Part shown: positions 24,557 to 37,945 of the stretch, in pieces
Layout of the letters: the number at the start of each line of letters is the position of its first letter
How positions within the stretch are numbered: the first letter of the stretch is position 1
Assembly (NCBI RefSeq): GCF_018977255.1
Contig: NW_024704742.1
Span: forward strand, 88,724,001-88,788,000
Direction of reading: 5' to 3'
DNA from: Callorhinchus milii
Taxonomy: Eukaryota
Length of the DNA stretch: 64,000 nt
Made by a program: the position numbers and the translations under genes
The notes under the pieces: model-generated
What the model saw: the letters and a program-made list of their open reading frames with translations, nothing else
The model's database searches: none
What the model was told of the DNA's origin: nothing

Positions 24557-25494
24557 GCTCACATTTATTATACTCTTCTGAGCTGGTTGTCTGTTACAAG
24601 ATAGGCTCCTCTTCACTGTCAGTCAGCAAAGTGAACTTCGGATTCTAAGAACCATTTAGAACCACTAACATTTACAGCACAGAAGAAGACCATTCAGCGC
24701 ATTGTGTCCTTGGTTTCCTTTAAGAGCAGTCCTTTCAGGTAAAGCTAGGTAACTCATAAAATCAGAAGTCGGCTTTGCTGACTGAAGAGGAGCTTGATGT
24801 ATAAGGAAATCTAAATTTAAAATGTGTCCTTCCTAAATTTGCACTTCACGACTTGAACTCAAAGCTCTCTTTTCCTGTTGACTTTGGTATATCCGAAAGT
24901 ATTATTCTGCGCTCCATGGCTCAAATTATTGAAGCGGAATTAGCATTCAAAAATCAGGAGGCAAATCATCCTCAGGTGTTGATGCTTGAAGAGCAAGCCA
25001 GGTAAGCAGATTTTTGGTAGCTATAATGTTTCTCTTGTACACTTACATACGGTAAATTCCTGAACTTGAGCTTAACTTATCACTACCATGTAAGTCATCA
25101 TGCTTTCAATATCTGAGTGCATTTATTTATGTATTTATACATATTTCTAACTCAGCATTCCTGATAACTGATCAATGAGCCATTTTCCCTTGGAATGATG
25201 AGGAGCTTAATATATTTTGGTGTAAAGTTCTAAATTACACAGTCCAAAAAAATGTAGTTGCTGGAATAATCAGAACTGTAATTGAAGTTATTACAATATC
25301 TAAGGCACAGACACCCCTAATCTTTGTAATGGAATTATTGTATGATAAAAACTCCAATTAAAATGTGTAATCCATCTCAGCGCGCATGTTACAATTATTA
25401 CTATCTTACTCTACGGAAGAATAAAATAAGAGGTTAAAAGTTTTTTTGGGACATTTGTGGAAAAAGTGACCTGTCTTAATCTTTTAGAGCCAGA

Positions 25495-26095
25495 TAAAAT
25501 TACAACGCAGAAGAAAGCCATTCAGACCACCACATCTGTGCTGGCAATCCTTTCAGCCCATTTCCCTGCCCTTTCTCCATACCTCTGTCATTTACTCCTT
25601 TTAAGATATTTATCTAGTTTCTTTTTGACAGCTAATATGAAAGCCATCACTCACTTGAAAGCCATTGCTCCTGGCAGGGCATTCCAAACCAGAAATACAT
25701 TGGGTGTGAAAACAATTCTCCTAACCTCCCCATTTGCTCATTTGCTAACTATATTGAATTAAGCTCAGTGGTTAGAGCACTCGCTTTGCAAGCGAGAGAC
25801 CTGAGTTCAATTCCAGGCAGGTCAGGGCGAAACCTTGGGCAAGTTTCCTTACTCCACATGCCTAATAATAATCCCTCCAAAACCAAAACCAATAATAAAT
25901 TGGTCATTTTCAATCCACGACTGTTTGCGGGACGCTGCTGTGCGCAATTGGCTGCCGTGTTCGCCCACAAATATACAGTCAATTCACTTTACAGTGTGTT
26001 CTGTGAAGCGCTTTGGGACGTCCTCCCGACGTGAAAAGCGCTATATCAAATGCAAGGAATATTATTATTATTTGATGCCCTCTCACCACTGACCA
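25495..26095 (-). mobile_element. CR1 fragment interrupted by a young SINE
   Basis: gccattcagaccacc...ttatctagttt...ctcctaacctcccc then tgatgccctctc after the SINE, collinear with 10340-10660. Confidence 0.6.
25762..26072 (+). mobile_element. Young tRNA-Ala-headed SINE, slightly 5'-truncated
   Basis: agctcagtggttagagcactcgctttgcaagcgag; CpG-rich body; perfect stem-loop at 26008-26041. Confidence 0.92.
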
Positions 26096-27609
26096 TTTAT
26101 AATAATAATAATAATTATTTGTTTTCTGTTGAGTCATTAAATGTGATAAAGAAGCAGAAGTCTCGTCAAAGTGGTGAAAAGTATTTCAGATGTGATCCAG
26201 GTGAAGTATTTAAGTGTGGGAGGAGACTGGGGAGGTGGGGGGTTGTCACTTGATTCAAATATCACATTATTGCCCTCTAATACTCTCATTCAGTGCCAGT
26301 TTCTTTTTCACCTGATATTCAAAACTCTTCTCCCCCCCATCAGAAATCTAATAATGTCTGCACATCATCAGTTTTATATCAAGAAGACAAGCGATGTGGA
26401 GTCTATCATGAAATGCTTTGATGAATATTGACACCACAGTGATAGTTGCTGATAAGTTTAGCAGTCACTATTGTGATGTTGGAAGGATGTTATTGAGATA
26501 GAGCTGCTATTGAAGTGACCTTAGTTGTTCTAGGCAGGGATGGGTTTATGAAGCCTCCACAATATCAATGTCTCCTGCAAAGTGAGCATACTGATGTAGT
26601 CAGTGATGGTGGCATCAGAACATGACTTTGAGACTGGCCTGCTCTTGGTCCTTCCTGCACCTGCCTCCAAATCTACCTTCAGATGCAATAATGTCTTTAC
26701 AGCCTTTTGAATGGGGTTTTTTGGCCCTCATTAAATGTCTGTCCAGTTACCCCCTGTTGTAAGATGCCTACATGCCCTGGTTCTTCCAAATGGTAAAATT
26801 AGTAGCTTTAGTCAATCCCATCAAAAATGGCCATTGGGACGACAGAGGGTGTTTAACGGAATTTAGAACAAATGAGTTACATCAAATTTTCAGCCTAACA
26901 AAACTATTCTTACTGTTGGAATAGCTGTGTCAAGGTTTATACAGCCACAAAGACCACAGAGAACCAGACATTTTGGATAATGCATGCAACTGGCTGTGTG
27001 AGCCATTTATTGTATTGCTATATAATGCCTGGGACCAAGTTACATCCATCAACGTCGCAGGCTCCATGGTTATCTCTGAATTACTTGTCCTATTTTCTTG
27101 AGCAGCATTATCATTTACCCCACATCATTAATATTAGAGATGTACTTAAAGGTCATCTTCAAGAATTGTGGACTGGCCCATCCGCTATTGTTAATTCTAT
27201 CTACCTGTGTGGCCATTGCTGATTTGGCCTGGGAATTAATGAATAACTGCTGCAGAATGGCTCAGCAAGAAACTCACAAAGAAACCCATCAGAGTCTCTG
27301 CCACATGCAAGATGTGGTATCACAATGAATTACAAAATTGCTTTAGCGATCAATTACATCTATTACAACAGATTATGAATTGATTCATACTCCTCATGTG
27401 TGTGTGTATGTATGTGTGGATGGCTGCAAGGGTGATAGGTGTGGGGGTGGATAGATGTGGAGTGGATGAGCTTGAGAGGAAACTGAAAGGTATTATCACT
27501 TGATTCAAATCTCGAATTATCACTCACTAATACTCTCTGTCATTCAGTGTCAGTTTCTCCTTTACATGATATTCAAATCTCTCCCCTCTTCCATCAAAAA
27601 ATGGACCAA

Positions 27610-27990
27610 TACAATTTGCAATTATATAGCGCCTTTCACGTCAGATGGATGTCTCAAGGTGCTTGACAAAGCTGGCTGTGCACCTGAGGGGGGACCTGAG
27701 GGTGGTGGGAGGGGGAAAGATGACCAAAAGCATGGACAAACAAGTACATTTTGAGACATGCCTTGAACGAGCAGAAGGAGGGTGTTGAAGGACTCTGCAA
27801 TGGACTTGCAGAGAGTTGGGGCGGAGGCAGAACATCTGCTTGTGGGACACTGCTGTGTGTAATTGGCTGCTGCTTGTCTTCGCAAAATATACAATCAATT
27901 CACTTTACAGAATATTCTGTGAAGTGCTTTGAGATGCCTCATAGACGTGATAAGATGCTATATCAAATGCAAGGATTGTATTTTTATATT
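27610..27990. mobile_element. L2 3' end (minus, about 27610-27830) abutting a SINE 3' half (plus, about 27838-27990)
   Basis: tatagcgcctttcacgtcagatggatgtctcaagg tail; ttgtgggacactgctgtg...atcaaatgcaaggatt. Confidence 0.7.
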
Positions 27991-29094
27991 ATCTGAAAAC
28001 CTGCCTGCTGTTGGTGGGATAGATAGGGCAGGGGACATGAAGCAGGCCGTTGAGTGATGGGAATGGCCGGGTTGGTTTGGTGCAATTGTAAGAAATGCTC
28101 TCCAGTCCATATCAAAATAGTTTAATTCACTCTTTTCTATGTGTTGAGCAAAAGAGTCTTTGAGTTCAAACAATGATTAACATGTTCCTACTTTAAATGG
28201 AAGCCACATGAGTCCCTCAATGAGATTATCACTTTAAACATCACTCACAGATATTCTTTATCCTTTGTGTGACATATAAAATCCCACAGAACAAATCCTC
28301 TCTTCTTGTACTTTTGTCCCTAGCTAGTTTGGCTGAATGATTGGTGCGATGGAGCGTGTTTAGGGAGCCATTTGTAACTCTAATCTCACAGGGGCTCTTG
28401 TTCCTGCGATTTTGGTCAATATTTCTTTAACATGAATAGGTCTTCCTACTGCAAATATGACAGCAGGACAAAACGACAACGAATGAAAGGATAATTAATA
28501 GCAATGGAGAAAAAGAAAAAGAGAGAGAAGTATCCAACGTAGTCAAAACAACTAAACATTAATCATGGTGGGCGACAGCTTGCCATATTTAATATTTTGA
28601 AGTTTTTATGCCAAAGCTGTTTACTACTGAATATTCATTACTGCAGGCAGGTCATCATTGGCTGCTAATGTTTTTGTTAACACTAACGAAAATGCTAACA
28701 GCGTTTTAGGAAAGGCAACACGTTTGAGTTTTGAGTAAAAATAAATCCATGAATTAGTTTTATTCCCCCATTTTTTTGTCAAAAGTATTTTGGAAGTGAA
28801 TATAGCTTCACATCAACTTGCATTTATATAGTGCCCTACATGCAGGGTAGCATCTCAGAGCGCTTCATAGAGGCAGAGTTTGATATCAAGTTGGCGAGAG
28901 GGGAGAAATGACCATAGGCACTATCAAAGAGGGAAGTCTTCAGTCTGTTCTTTATCTGACACGTGAATGCTTGACACTAACATGAGGGAGGACGTTGGAT
29001 GGGTGGCTGGAAAAGAAAATGGTTCATTTTCCAGCAACGACAACCCCTTCTTCTGAGGACAAAAGTAAACCTCCGAACTAAATAACCAGCAAAC

Positions 29095-30420
29095 CACAAT
29101 AACAAGTTGCACTCAGATAGCGTCCTTAATGTTGAAATAGAGCCTTGGGATACATCCCAGGTTACAGTGTGGGGGGCAGGAGGAGAAACTATTAGTGAAG
29201 ATGAAATGGTAGCAGTGGGTCAAGTAGGACTTGAACCAGGAGAAAAAAAACAGTGAACAGAAGAAAAAAAATGTTGTTTGGCTTGCCAGGCCCTCTCCGT
29301 CTGGAGGTGGTACACCATCCACTCTTATCAACTTCTCAATTCCTGGGACAAAGATTTTGCAAAAAATATTTGAAAATATAGATGAGTTAAATATTCTGAA
29401 AGGTCTGGGACTTTGTGAAGCTTCAGAGAGTGGTGTACACATCCAGGGCGTGGTGTGCACATCCAGGGCGTGGTGTGTACATCCAGGGCGTGGTGGGCGC
29501 TCCCGGGAAGTGCCGGGCGCCAGCGGGGTGTGGTATGTGCATCTTCAGAGCATCAGCCGCAATAGATCCAGACACAAATCCTTCTGGAAAGCTCCCAAGT
29601 TAGAATCCAGAATATGCAATTGCACAAGTAATGGATGGTGCAAGAGTTAAAGTATAATTCAATCTCACGGTTCTGTTGACATTTCTGAAACATTCAAGCT
29701 GATCTCTCAGGGTCGTCACTCCCTGAGGTTGAATTACACTTTGTAAACACAACCAAGCCTAGTGAATTAAGAATCATTTGTTTTCTTTTAGTGGTTGAAG
29801 GCACAACCACCAATAGTGGAGAGCTGACCAAAGGCAGCTTGTAGTGAAGAGGGGTGAACAGAAGAAAAAAAAAATTGTTTGGCTTGCCAGGCCCTCTCCG
29901 TCAGAGAGATAGGGAGTTGCCAGGGAATTAAGTGATTTGAAAGTGAGAGAGGGGATTTTGAAAACGCTCCTTTCTGCAACAGGAAGTCAGTAGAGCCTGG
30001 CAAGGATGCGGAGCCTGGTTCAGATGAGGACATCTGCGCCCGAGTTTTGCATCATTTGGATGTTGTATATAGTAGAGCTGGGAACACTGGCAAGGAGGTG
30101 CATTGGAAATATCTAGGCAGGAAGTGACGAAAGTATGAATGAAGTAAGATAGTGGTGAAGGTGGGTTATGAGGTGGAGGAAGGCAGTGCTGGTCAGGGAT
30201 GGAATGTGGGTTAGGAAGGATACCTAGCATTTCAACCTGTTGCCAAGGTTGTGTACAGATTTAGTGAGACTGAGGGATAGACCTGGGAGGTTAAAGAGTT
30301 CAGAACCACAGGTGAGAAGACATTGATGGGAGCCAAGGAGAATGGCTTCTGTCTTGTCCATTTTCAGTTGCAGAAAGTTGGCGCTCATCCAGGCTTTGAC
30401 ATCAGGCAAGCAGACAGTCA
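29095..30420 (-). mobile_element. Old L2 fragment interrupted at about 29250-29790
   Basis: ORFs with WMSANFLQLKMDKTEAIL, IHTFVTSCLDISN, TIGGCAF and FKSYL are collinear with L2 ORF2. Confidence 0.7.
29430..29495 (+). repeat. 20-bp minisatellite, 3.3 copies (gtggtgtRYacatccagggc)
   Basis: Units start at 29430, 29450, 29470 and 29490. Confidence 0.95.
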
Positions 30421-30791
30421 GAATAGGCAGTTCAGTAGTTTCAACATTACTTACTTACCCACAATTTCAAAATAAATGGCTTATTGCATCTTTGCTAAGT
30501 GAGCTACCTAAAATCCCCAACGTTAAAAACACATCCATTTTGTCAGGATGGAATGAACAGCAGAGCCCAGTATAGTCTATAACAGAGGAGAATCTGTGTC
30601 AGGCAATGAGAGAGAGATAACACCATCTTCATCAATATATTTACATAGCCTACTCTCAGCTATCTTTTATTATCTAAATTATTAACCTCATCCTGAATGA
30701 ATGAAGCCAAAATCTGAGCACATATTCCCATCAAAAGTGGAAGAAATTCTTGAAATTCCAAAGAGGATGATAATTGATTTTCCTTGGCAGA

Positions 30792-30825
30792 TGTACATCC
30801 ACTGTGTACATCCACTGTGTACATC
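30792..30825 (+). repeat. 13-bp tandem repeat tgtacatccactg, 2.6 copies
   Basis: Read directly from the sequence. Confidence 0.9.
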
Positions 30826-30914
30826 TGCAGTGTGGTACACCAGCAAAACTAGCACAAAATGGAATCAGACATGTTTGACAGATGATGTTGCTCCTTGCAT
30901 TACCACCACCACTA

Positions 30915-31555
30915 CAGCAACAAAATTACATTTGTATAAGTGCCTTTCACGTTGGGAGAATGTTCCAAGGCACTGGACAGAGTTTCGGACCTAAGCTGAG
31001 GGTCGGGATCAGGGAGGGTGGCGGGCTGGGGGGGGGGAAGCAGGGAGATCGAAAGCACCGTCGAAGAGTAGGGTCTTGAGATGGGTCTTGAAGGAAGCAA
31101 GTGGAGGGAGCGGGCAGGATGGTAGGGGGTTAGGAGGTCGCAGAGGTAGGGGTGAGGAAGACCATGGAGGACTTTGAAGGTGAGGACCAGGATCTTGAAC
31201 TGTATCCTCTATATGATGAGAAGCCAGTAGAGTTGGGTGAGAATGGGGGTGATAGGGTCGCGAAGCCTGGTGCGGGAGAGGACACGGGCTGCAAAGTTGG
31301 GATGATCTGCAGCCAATGGAGGGAGGAGTTGGAGAGGCCAACAAGCAAGGTGTTTTCATAGTCAAGCCTCAATGTAATGAAAACGTGTATGAGAGTTTTG
31401 GTGGCCTGCGGTGTGAGACAGTGGTGGAGCCGGGCAGTGTTGCGGAGGTGAGGGAAGGCAGAGCAGGTCATGGCACAGATGTGGGGTAGAGAGGATAGTT
31501 GAGGGTCAAACAAAATGCCAAGGCTCCGGACTGGCTTAGTAAGGTAGAGTGTGCT
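30915..31555 (-). mobile_element. L2 LINE 3' fragment
   Basis: ORF 31130-31513 FDPQLSSLPHI..HLRNTARL..TLRLDYEN; L2 tail at left. Confidence 0.88.
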
Positions 31556-32559
31556 TCCATTACTTGTGTATTAGCTTTGTGTGTGCATTAGCTTCGAAGC
31601 ATAAACATCCTTCTCCAAACAAAAGCAAATACCAAACTTTGTACTGCTATTTCCTCAGAGAGTCACATTCATAATTACTATTATTCCACAGTGACATTAT
31701 TCATTTCTTGTTGGCTATTCACTTGACAAGAATGATTAAGTTGGAACAATTCCTAACTTTACACGTTCAGAGGGCGAGAGGTATCAGTTTTACAACAACA
31801 ACTTGCATTTACATAATGCCCTTCCTAGCCGGGGCAGTGGCTCAGAACGCTTGTTCCAAGTTAATCATTTTTGTCAAATGAATAGCCCTCAAGAAATGAA
31901 TAATGTCATTCTGGAATAATGGTAAATATGAACGTAACTCCCCAAGGAAATAGCAGAACAAAGCCTTTACATCAGTTCAATAAACTCTGCTGAAATAGCT
32001 GATGTCAGCCGGTATGGCAATGGGTGTGGAACAGCAGGCCTCTGGACCCTCTAGGGGAATAATCCGCTTCTAAATGCTGTGCAATGTTCCCGTTGTTTCT
32101 AAACAATGTACAATGTTCCCATCCATTACTGAACGCTGTATAATGTTCCCTGTTGGAAAGTAAAAGTGGATGAGGACAGGATTGGATTTGGATATTTTTC
32201 CCCTTATAGCCAAGAGACTGACGAACCATCACAGTTTACCCATATAGGAGAGCTATTCAGGTAAAGTACCACAAAACTAGAGGTGCAGTGTGTCCTAGTG
32301 TGAATCAGCGCCTTCAGGAGAGGAGATGAGGCACATGCCTTTGGGTGGGAAGGAAATAAACAAAATAAAACGTAGGCTTGAGAGGGATATAATGTATGAT
32401 CTCCATTAATATTCTGTTAAGAGAAAATATATCACATCTGTGGCAGAATAGTCCAATAATCATAAGCACTAGTGTGATATTTACAAACCCACCCACACTC
32501 CATTAGTTAAGCACAGTAGCCATCCACATACCCCTCAAATTTCTTGGTTTCCCAGTCAG

Positions 32560-32841
32560 TGCTCACATTGGTTTTAGCTGCTGAAACTTTAGCAGTATTC
32601 CAATACACAATCTGGTATCCACACACCTTTGAACTTGCACTCAACCTCTCTGGGATAAGGTAAACAGGGTGCGTTCCTCCAGGGGGATAGAGTAAGCATT
32701 CCATACCAGTAAAAGAGAAATATTCCATGCTTAGATGGCGTGCATATATGGAACTCTCAGTCTGGGTTGAATACTCATAAACATGGTGATGAGTTTCTGC
32801 ATGAATCAGACACCTATCTGATCCCCCTCCCCTCCAAAAAA
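32560..32841 (+). mobile_element. Unidentified A-tailed dispersed repeat, copy
   Basis: ggtaaacagggtgc...ggaactctcagtctgg...catggtgatgagtttctgcatgaatcagacacc. Confidence 0.7.
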
Positions 32842-33040
32842 CCTTACATAATTTATTTGCAATTTTCAAAGGCGACCTCCTCTCATGTTATTGTCTATTT
32901 CTCTCCAGATGTTGTTTTCATAATTAAAAATAAATGTTACGTGTCTCTGTATTTCTGTCCCACAAGAGAGATGCTTATCTTTTAAATAACTTTCCATCAT
33001 TGTGTCACATAAAGAGAAAGTCTTAGCTGTGACTTAGGTG

Positions 33041-33041
33041 T

Positions 33042-33078
<37 letters not shown>
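33041..33078 (+). repeat. (GA)n microsatellite
   Basis: Read directly from the sequence. Confidence 0.95.
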
Positions 33079-33081
<3 letters not shown>

Positions 33082-33136
33082 AAAAGAGGACAAAACTAAA
33101 ATCAGAGGACAAGAGTGAAAAATAGCTGACTCTCCC

Positions 33137-33361
33137 TGGGGAGAAATTCAAGATTTATTCTATTTATGTAGCCTTCAGAATTTGGCAAATTGTTGAATTC
33201 GATGTTAACTTTGAAGTCGGCTTTCTGTAGTTCTTAAAAAAAAAAGAACGGACAGAAAACCTGTTTCAAAAGTAAGGCTGTGTTTTGAAATTTGCCAAAT
33301 TCTGGACACTCTAAAATGTTGCATTCATATGTAAGTCTAGACCCAGGTAAAATTTCTCCCC
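33137..33361. mobile_element. Palindromic MITE, most complete family copy
   Basis: tggggagaaatt / aatttctcccca ends and inner cagaatttggcaaatt / aatttgccaaattctg inverted repeat. Confidence 0.7.
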
Positions 33362-34311
33362 AACCCATTCTGATAATGTAAGCAAGCAAAGAAGGTGAAA
33401 GATCATTTGTCCCATCAGCCCAGTTCCTTCCACACCCCACTCATAACATATCTTATCATGGACACTCATTCTGCCTCTGGGGGAATTTTATGCATATATA
33501 CTCTCCTCTCACAAAAAGTATTTAAAGAACCAAATCATAATAGTGAGACATCACGTATCTGCATTACTCAGTCTTGGCCTTTTCCCTTGTGCGTACAACT
33601 CTCTGCTTCTTCCAGGTTCATCAGTACAGAGATACTCCTGTTATTAATGATTTGAGGAGACCTTGCTCATCTCAGTCTGCACATATCCCTTCGCTGTCCA
33701 ATACTGTTCTCGACCATATGCACGTCCAGTTAATTGACACAGCAGTCCATTCCAGTCTGTATTCACTCCCAGAAAAAAAATTAATCTCTATCCTCATTTA
33801 AATTAATGTTAAATCAATATCATGGAGCTCCCCAGTGCTCGTAACCCAGGGCAAATAATCTGCTTGCTTCTGAAGTCCTCTATACCTTTCAACATTTTAA
33901 AAGTTTGGATCACACCCCCACACATTCTTCTTCCCCCTCAAGAAAAAAAGTTCAGCTCAGCCAACCTCTCCTCACCACTTGGAGTCTTAGGTCCAAGAAG
34001 TATCCTAACGCTCTGCTCTGAATCCTCCACACTTCACTGTCCTTTTGAAGGGCATTCACTTTGATGACTATTTCAGAATGGCTCCTTCTCTGTCAGGAGG
34101 CTGAAAATACCTTCTTACCACTGCTGTGCATATTGCGTGTCTGCAATTGCAACTGCAGTTTGATGACAACTTTGTTTCTGGAGTGAGAAAGGAGAGAGAA
34201 AGGGAGATCAAAGTCAATTATGGTTCTGCATCTGATCCAAAGTTGACTTTAAATGCATTTATGCTCGGAAATCAGTCTTTCCTCTTCACACCCAATGGCA
34301 GTATTGTCACT

Positions 34312-34629
34312 CATAATAATAATAATAATCCTTGCATTTTATATAGCGCTTTTCTCGTCTTCTAGATGTCTCAAAGCACTTCACAGAATAGACTGTAAAG
34401 TGAATTGACTGTATATTTGTGTGCGAAACGCAGCAGCCAATTGCGCACAGCAGTGTCCCACAAACAGTCATGGATTGAGTGACCAAATTATTATTGTTCT
34501 TTTTTCTTGAGGGATTATGATCAGGCAAGTGGAGTAAGGAAACTTGCCCAAGGTTTCGCCCTGTCGGGAATCGAACCCAGGTCTCTCACTTATGAGATGA
34601 GTGCTCCAACCACTGAGTTTCAGGACTCA
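34312..34629 (-). mobile_element. Young tRNA-headed SINE, full length
   Basis: Collinear with 9261-9572 from head to (ATT)n tail. Confidence 0.9.
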
Positions 34630-35884
34630 TACATTCATAAGCACAGAATTGATTTTTTTTTACAAAACGTGCTGAGTGAAGTACTGTGCCAAGTTTAAAT
34701 CCAGATATCGAATGATTGCTCGAATGTAGAGATTATCTGATCAAGGCGATCTACATTTCAGCAGCACCCCTGACCTTAACCTTGCCAGCTTGTGACTGAG
34801 CAATCTGACTCCTTCTGAGACTGGATATGCAAGGGAGAATTTGCAAAGAATAATGATCTACATTGCTTGAGCAGAAGCAGCCCACGTAATTTCTAACAGC
34901 TTCTTCACCTTTCTGGGATGTATCTTTCCTGGATAAGAATGACACTATTCCTATGAATAATCACGGAAATGTCTTGAAAGCCAATTGTTAGCTAAACATC
35001 TGGTGGTCCTCCAAGACATCATCTATTCAGTGTTACCACCAGAGTCAGAGACTATCACATATTTCTGCAAGGTGCTTTAGGATACACAGTGCTGGCAACA
35101 ATTGAATGTTTTAAAACGAAAATTACCTGAAGGTGAAAGATAAGCTGTTGATAGCTGTATCAGCTAACTTGCTGATCTGAAAACTCTACAACGAAGCGAA
35201 GCCTGTGAATGAAGGTGTTCCACTGTTTCACTAAACCTTGAGTTTTAACATAAGCAAAAGCCATTTGCTGTCAATACTAACGCCGATGTGCTTTGTGTTA
35301 CACTTTTAGATCAGGCAGTTCACATTTAGAGCATGGTTGTGCGTGGGCCTCAAATGAAGCCTCTTTTGAACGAGTGAACACACAGGACGTCTTTTGATGA
35401 AAATCTTCCTGACTGTCAAACCTCCCAATTTCATCTCAATTGCTTCGCTCTCCTTATCCATGCTTCCTGTTTTTGTTACTTACTCTTTAATGCAAATTCA
35501 CCTTTAAAGCTTCACAGTGATTGAAGTTTGTGAATCACTGTTTCCATTGCTGGTAAACACTGGGGGCAGGGATTCTTTCCACTTGCCTCCTGTCAGCTCT
35601 GCAAGCAAAAGCCCAAAAAGATAGAGTGATTCTAGCTGAACAAGCAGCAGGGAACATTGCCAGGCAGAATAGTGTTCTGAATGCTGCATTATGCTTTTTT
35701 TCAGATGGTTAATCCAGCAGTACCCCAACACACCCACCCACACATATTCCCATTAACCAACAAACAACTTGCATTTATATGGCACCCTTCTCATTGGATA
35801 GTCTTCGATAGCTTCACATGGCAGAATTCGATGTTGAGCAAGGGAGAATGGGGAAGTAACTGTTGGTGCAATTAAAGAGGTACA

Positions 35885-36530
35885 ATACAATACAAAATTA
35901 CATTTGTAAAGCGCCTTTCATGTCAGGAGGACATCCCAAGGCTCTGAAAAGTCATGGATAGGACCCGAGCGGGGGTGGGTGCGATTGGGATCAGGGAAGG
36001 TGGGGGTAGGAGGGTGGCCAAAGGCACAGTTGAAAAGGAGGGTCTTGAGGCGAGCCTTGAAGAAGGCAAGGGAGGAAGCGAGGTGAAGTGAATGTGGGAT
36101 GGAGTTCCAGAGGGTGGGGGCAGAGAGGCTGAAGGCCCGACCGCCGATGGTGTTGCAGGCTGGAGCCTGCTGAGCAGAGGGAGCACATAGGTTGATAAGG
36201 GGTTGTTAGCAGGTTGGTGAGGTAGGAGGGGGCAAGGCCATGGAGGGCCTTGAAGGTGAGGACGAGAATTTGGAACTCTAAGGGATGGGGAGCCAGTGGA
36301 GTCGAGCGAGAGTGGGTGTGATTGAGGTTGGAACTCTTTCCCTCAATCCCTTCGTCTTGCCGCCTCCTTTCCCACTTTTCGATCACGACTGAAGATCTTC
36401 CTCTTCGACCGTGCTTATGGTCACCTCCTCCCTTCCCCCAGGTCGGTGTTGCATTCCTCCACTGTTAAGCACTCCGATACACTGCCCCACGTGAAGGACG
36501 CTATATAAATGCAAGTAGTTGTTATTGTTT
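35885..36530. mobile_element. Two L2 3' fragments back to back (minus about 35885-36320, plus about 36325-36530)
   Basis: FQILVLTFKALHGLAPSYLTNLL on minus; aggacgctatataaatgcaagtagttgtt tail on plus. Confidence 0.8.
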
Positions 36531-37714
36531 TAAGGTGGAATCTGAAGAGAGAATGATGCAGAGGTTTGAGAAGGTCAGAATTGAAGCTCCCAGCAACTGA
36601 GCTGATGCTGATACTTAATGCTCGATGACTGGATTCCCAATCCCCAAGTGCTATGTTTTATTTCCTCTATAAGATACATTTCAACAAAAATATTTACCTG
36701 TTTGAGCGATAAAGATTAATCTAGACATCATTCTACATGATTATATCTGCGCATTAAATGTGCTGTCTTCACTGTCAAAATTATATCACACTTTATAGAT
36801 GCAAAATGCTGTTGTGCTGTGACAGTTTGTGTATATTTGGTTCAGATCGAACAGCAATTTTTTTTTCTCCTTTGCTGAAACATCACTCCACATTAACGGG
36901 ACATTTATGAAACATGTTGAAGGGTGGAATTGTGATAAATGTGTGAGTAATTTGCCGAGAAGTTTATTAACGTTTAAATCTGAAATTCCTATAACCTGCG
37001 GATAAAACAATTTGCAAATCTGTGTGCCACGGCCCATTTAATTTTTCATTCAGCAATCGGAACCCCAGAGAAAGCGGGGAAAAGCACACTGAACAACAAC
37101 TCACCAATTTTACACAAAGAATTCAGATTTTCAAGAAGCATGCTGCTGTCTCTAGGTAAAATTTCACGGCATAAGGATTATTATTTTAGTGTGTTGAAGC
37201 ATTGAGAAAATAAATTGAAACATTGCACCGTATACGACACTTGGTTCAACAATCTAACTCTATGCAATTAGATTGAACTGGGAGTGCTTCAGTACATTGG
37301 AATTTACGCTGGGACTAGAATACATATACCCGAGGCTGAATGCATTAGGATCAAAGCTCTGTGATGATCCAGGCTGCTCACTGTGCGTGGGTGTGGCCAC
37401 ATGACTGCTTGTTAAGTGAAATTGGTCCAAGTTGAACAACTGGTTATCCATCAAAGTCAAGTACTTGAGCATTGGCCAGTTTTATTGATTGGCATTCAAC
37501 ACTTTAAAATTTGCAATGTTTAATAACCCTTTACTTGTATTACTTGGGATGAAGGGGTTTAGCTACAACAACTACTTGGATTTATATAGCGCCCTATATG
37601 CAAGGTAGCATCTCGGCGCTCTTAATAGTGGCGGAGCTTGATGCCAAATTGGGGAGAGAATGGAGGTGACTGTAGGCATGGTCGAAAAGGAAGAACTTCA
37701 GGTGTGATCTGGTG

Positions 37715-37945
37715 TTGTCTCTCTCTCTCTGCCTTGCTAACTATGTATGTATGTGTGTGTCGTGTCTCTCTCTCTCTCTCTGTGCCTCGCTGACTATGTA
37801 TATGTGTGTGTGAGAGTCTCTCTCTCTGCCTCACTAACTATCTGTATGTGTATGTCTCTCTCTCTGCATCTCTAAATATGTGTGTCTGTGTGTGTCTCTT
37901 TCTCTCTCTTCCTTTATCTGTGTGTGTGTATCTCTCTCTAATGTC
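37715..37945 (+). repeat. Compound (CT)n/(GT)n low-complexity tract
   Basis: Alternating ctct and gtgt/tatg runs with a recurring ctgcct..ctaactatg unit. Confidence 0.85.

Noticed and set aside
25749..26092. Recurring peptide PTNIQSIHFTVYSVKRF..RREKRYIKCKDYYY (also 34307, 38467, 54333)
   Set aside because: Translation of SINE copies, not a gene family
29430..29495. CRISPR-like array
   Set aside because: Contiguous 20-bp units with no unique spacers, no cas genes, and a eukaryotic context
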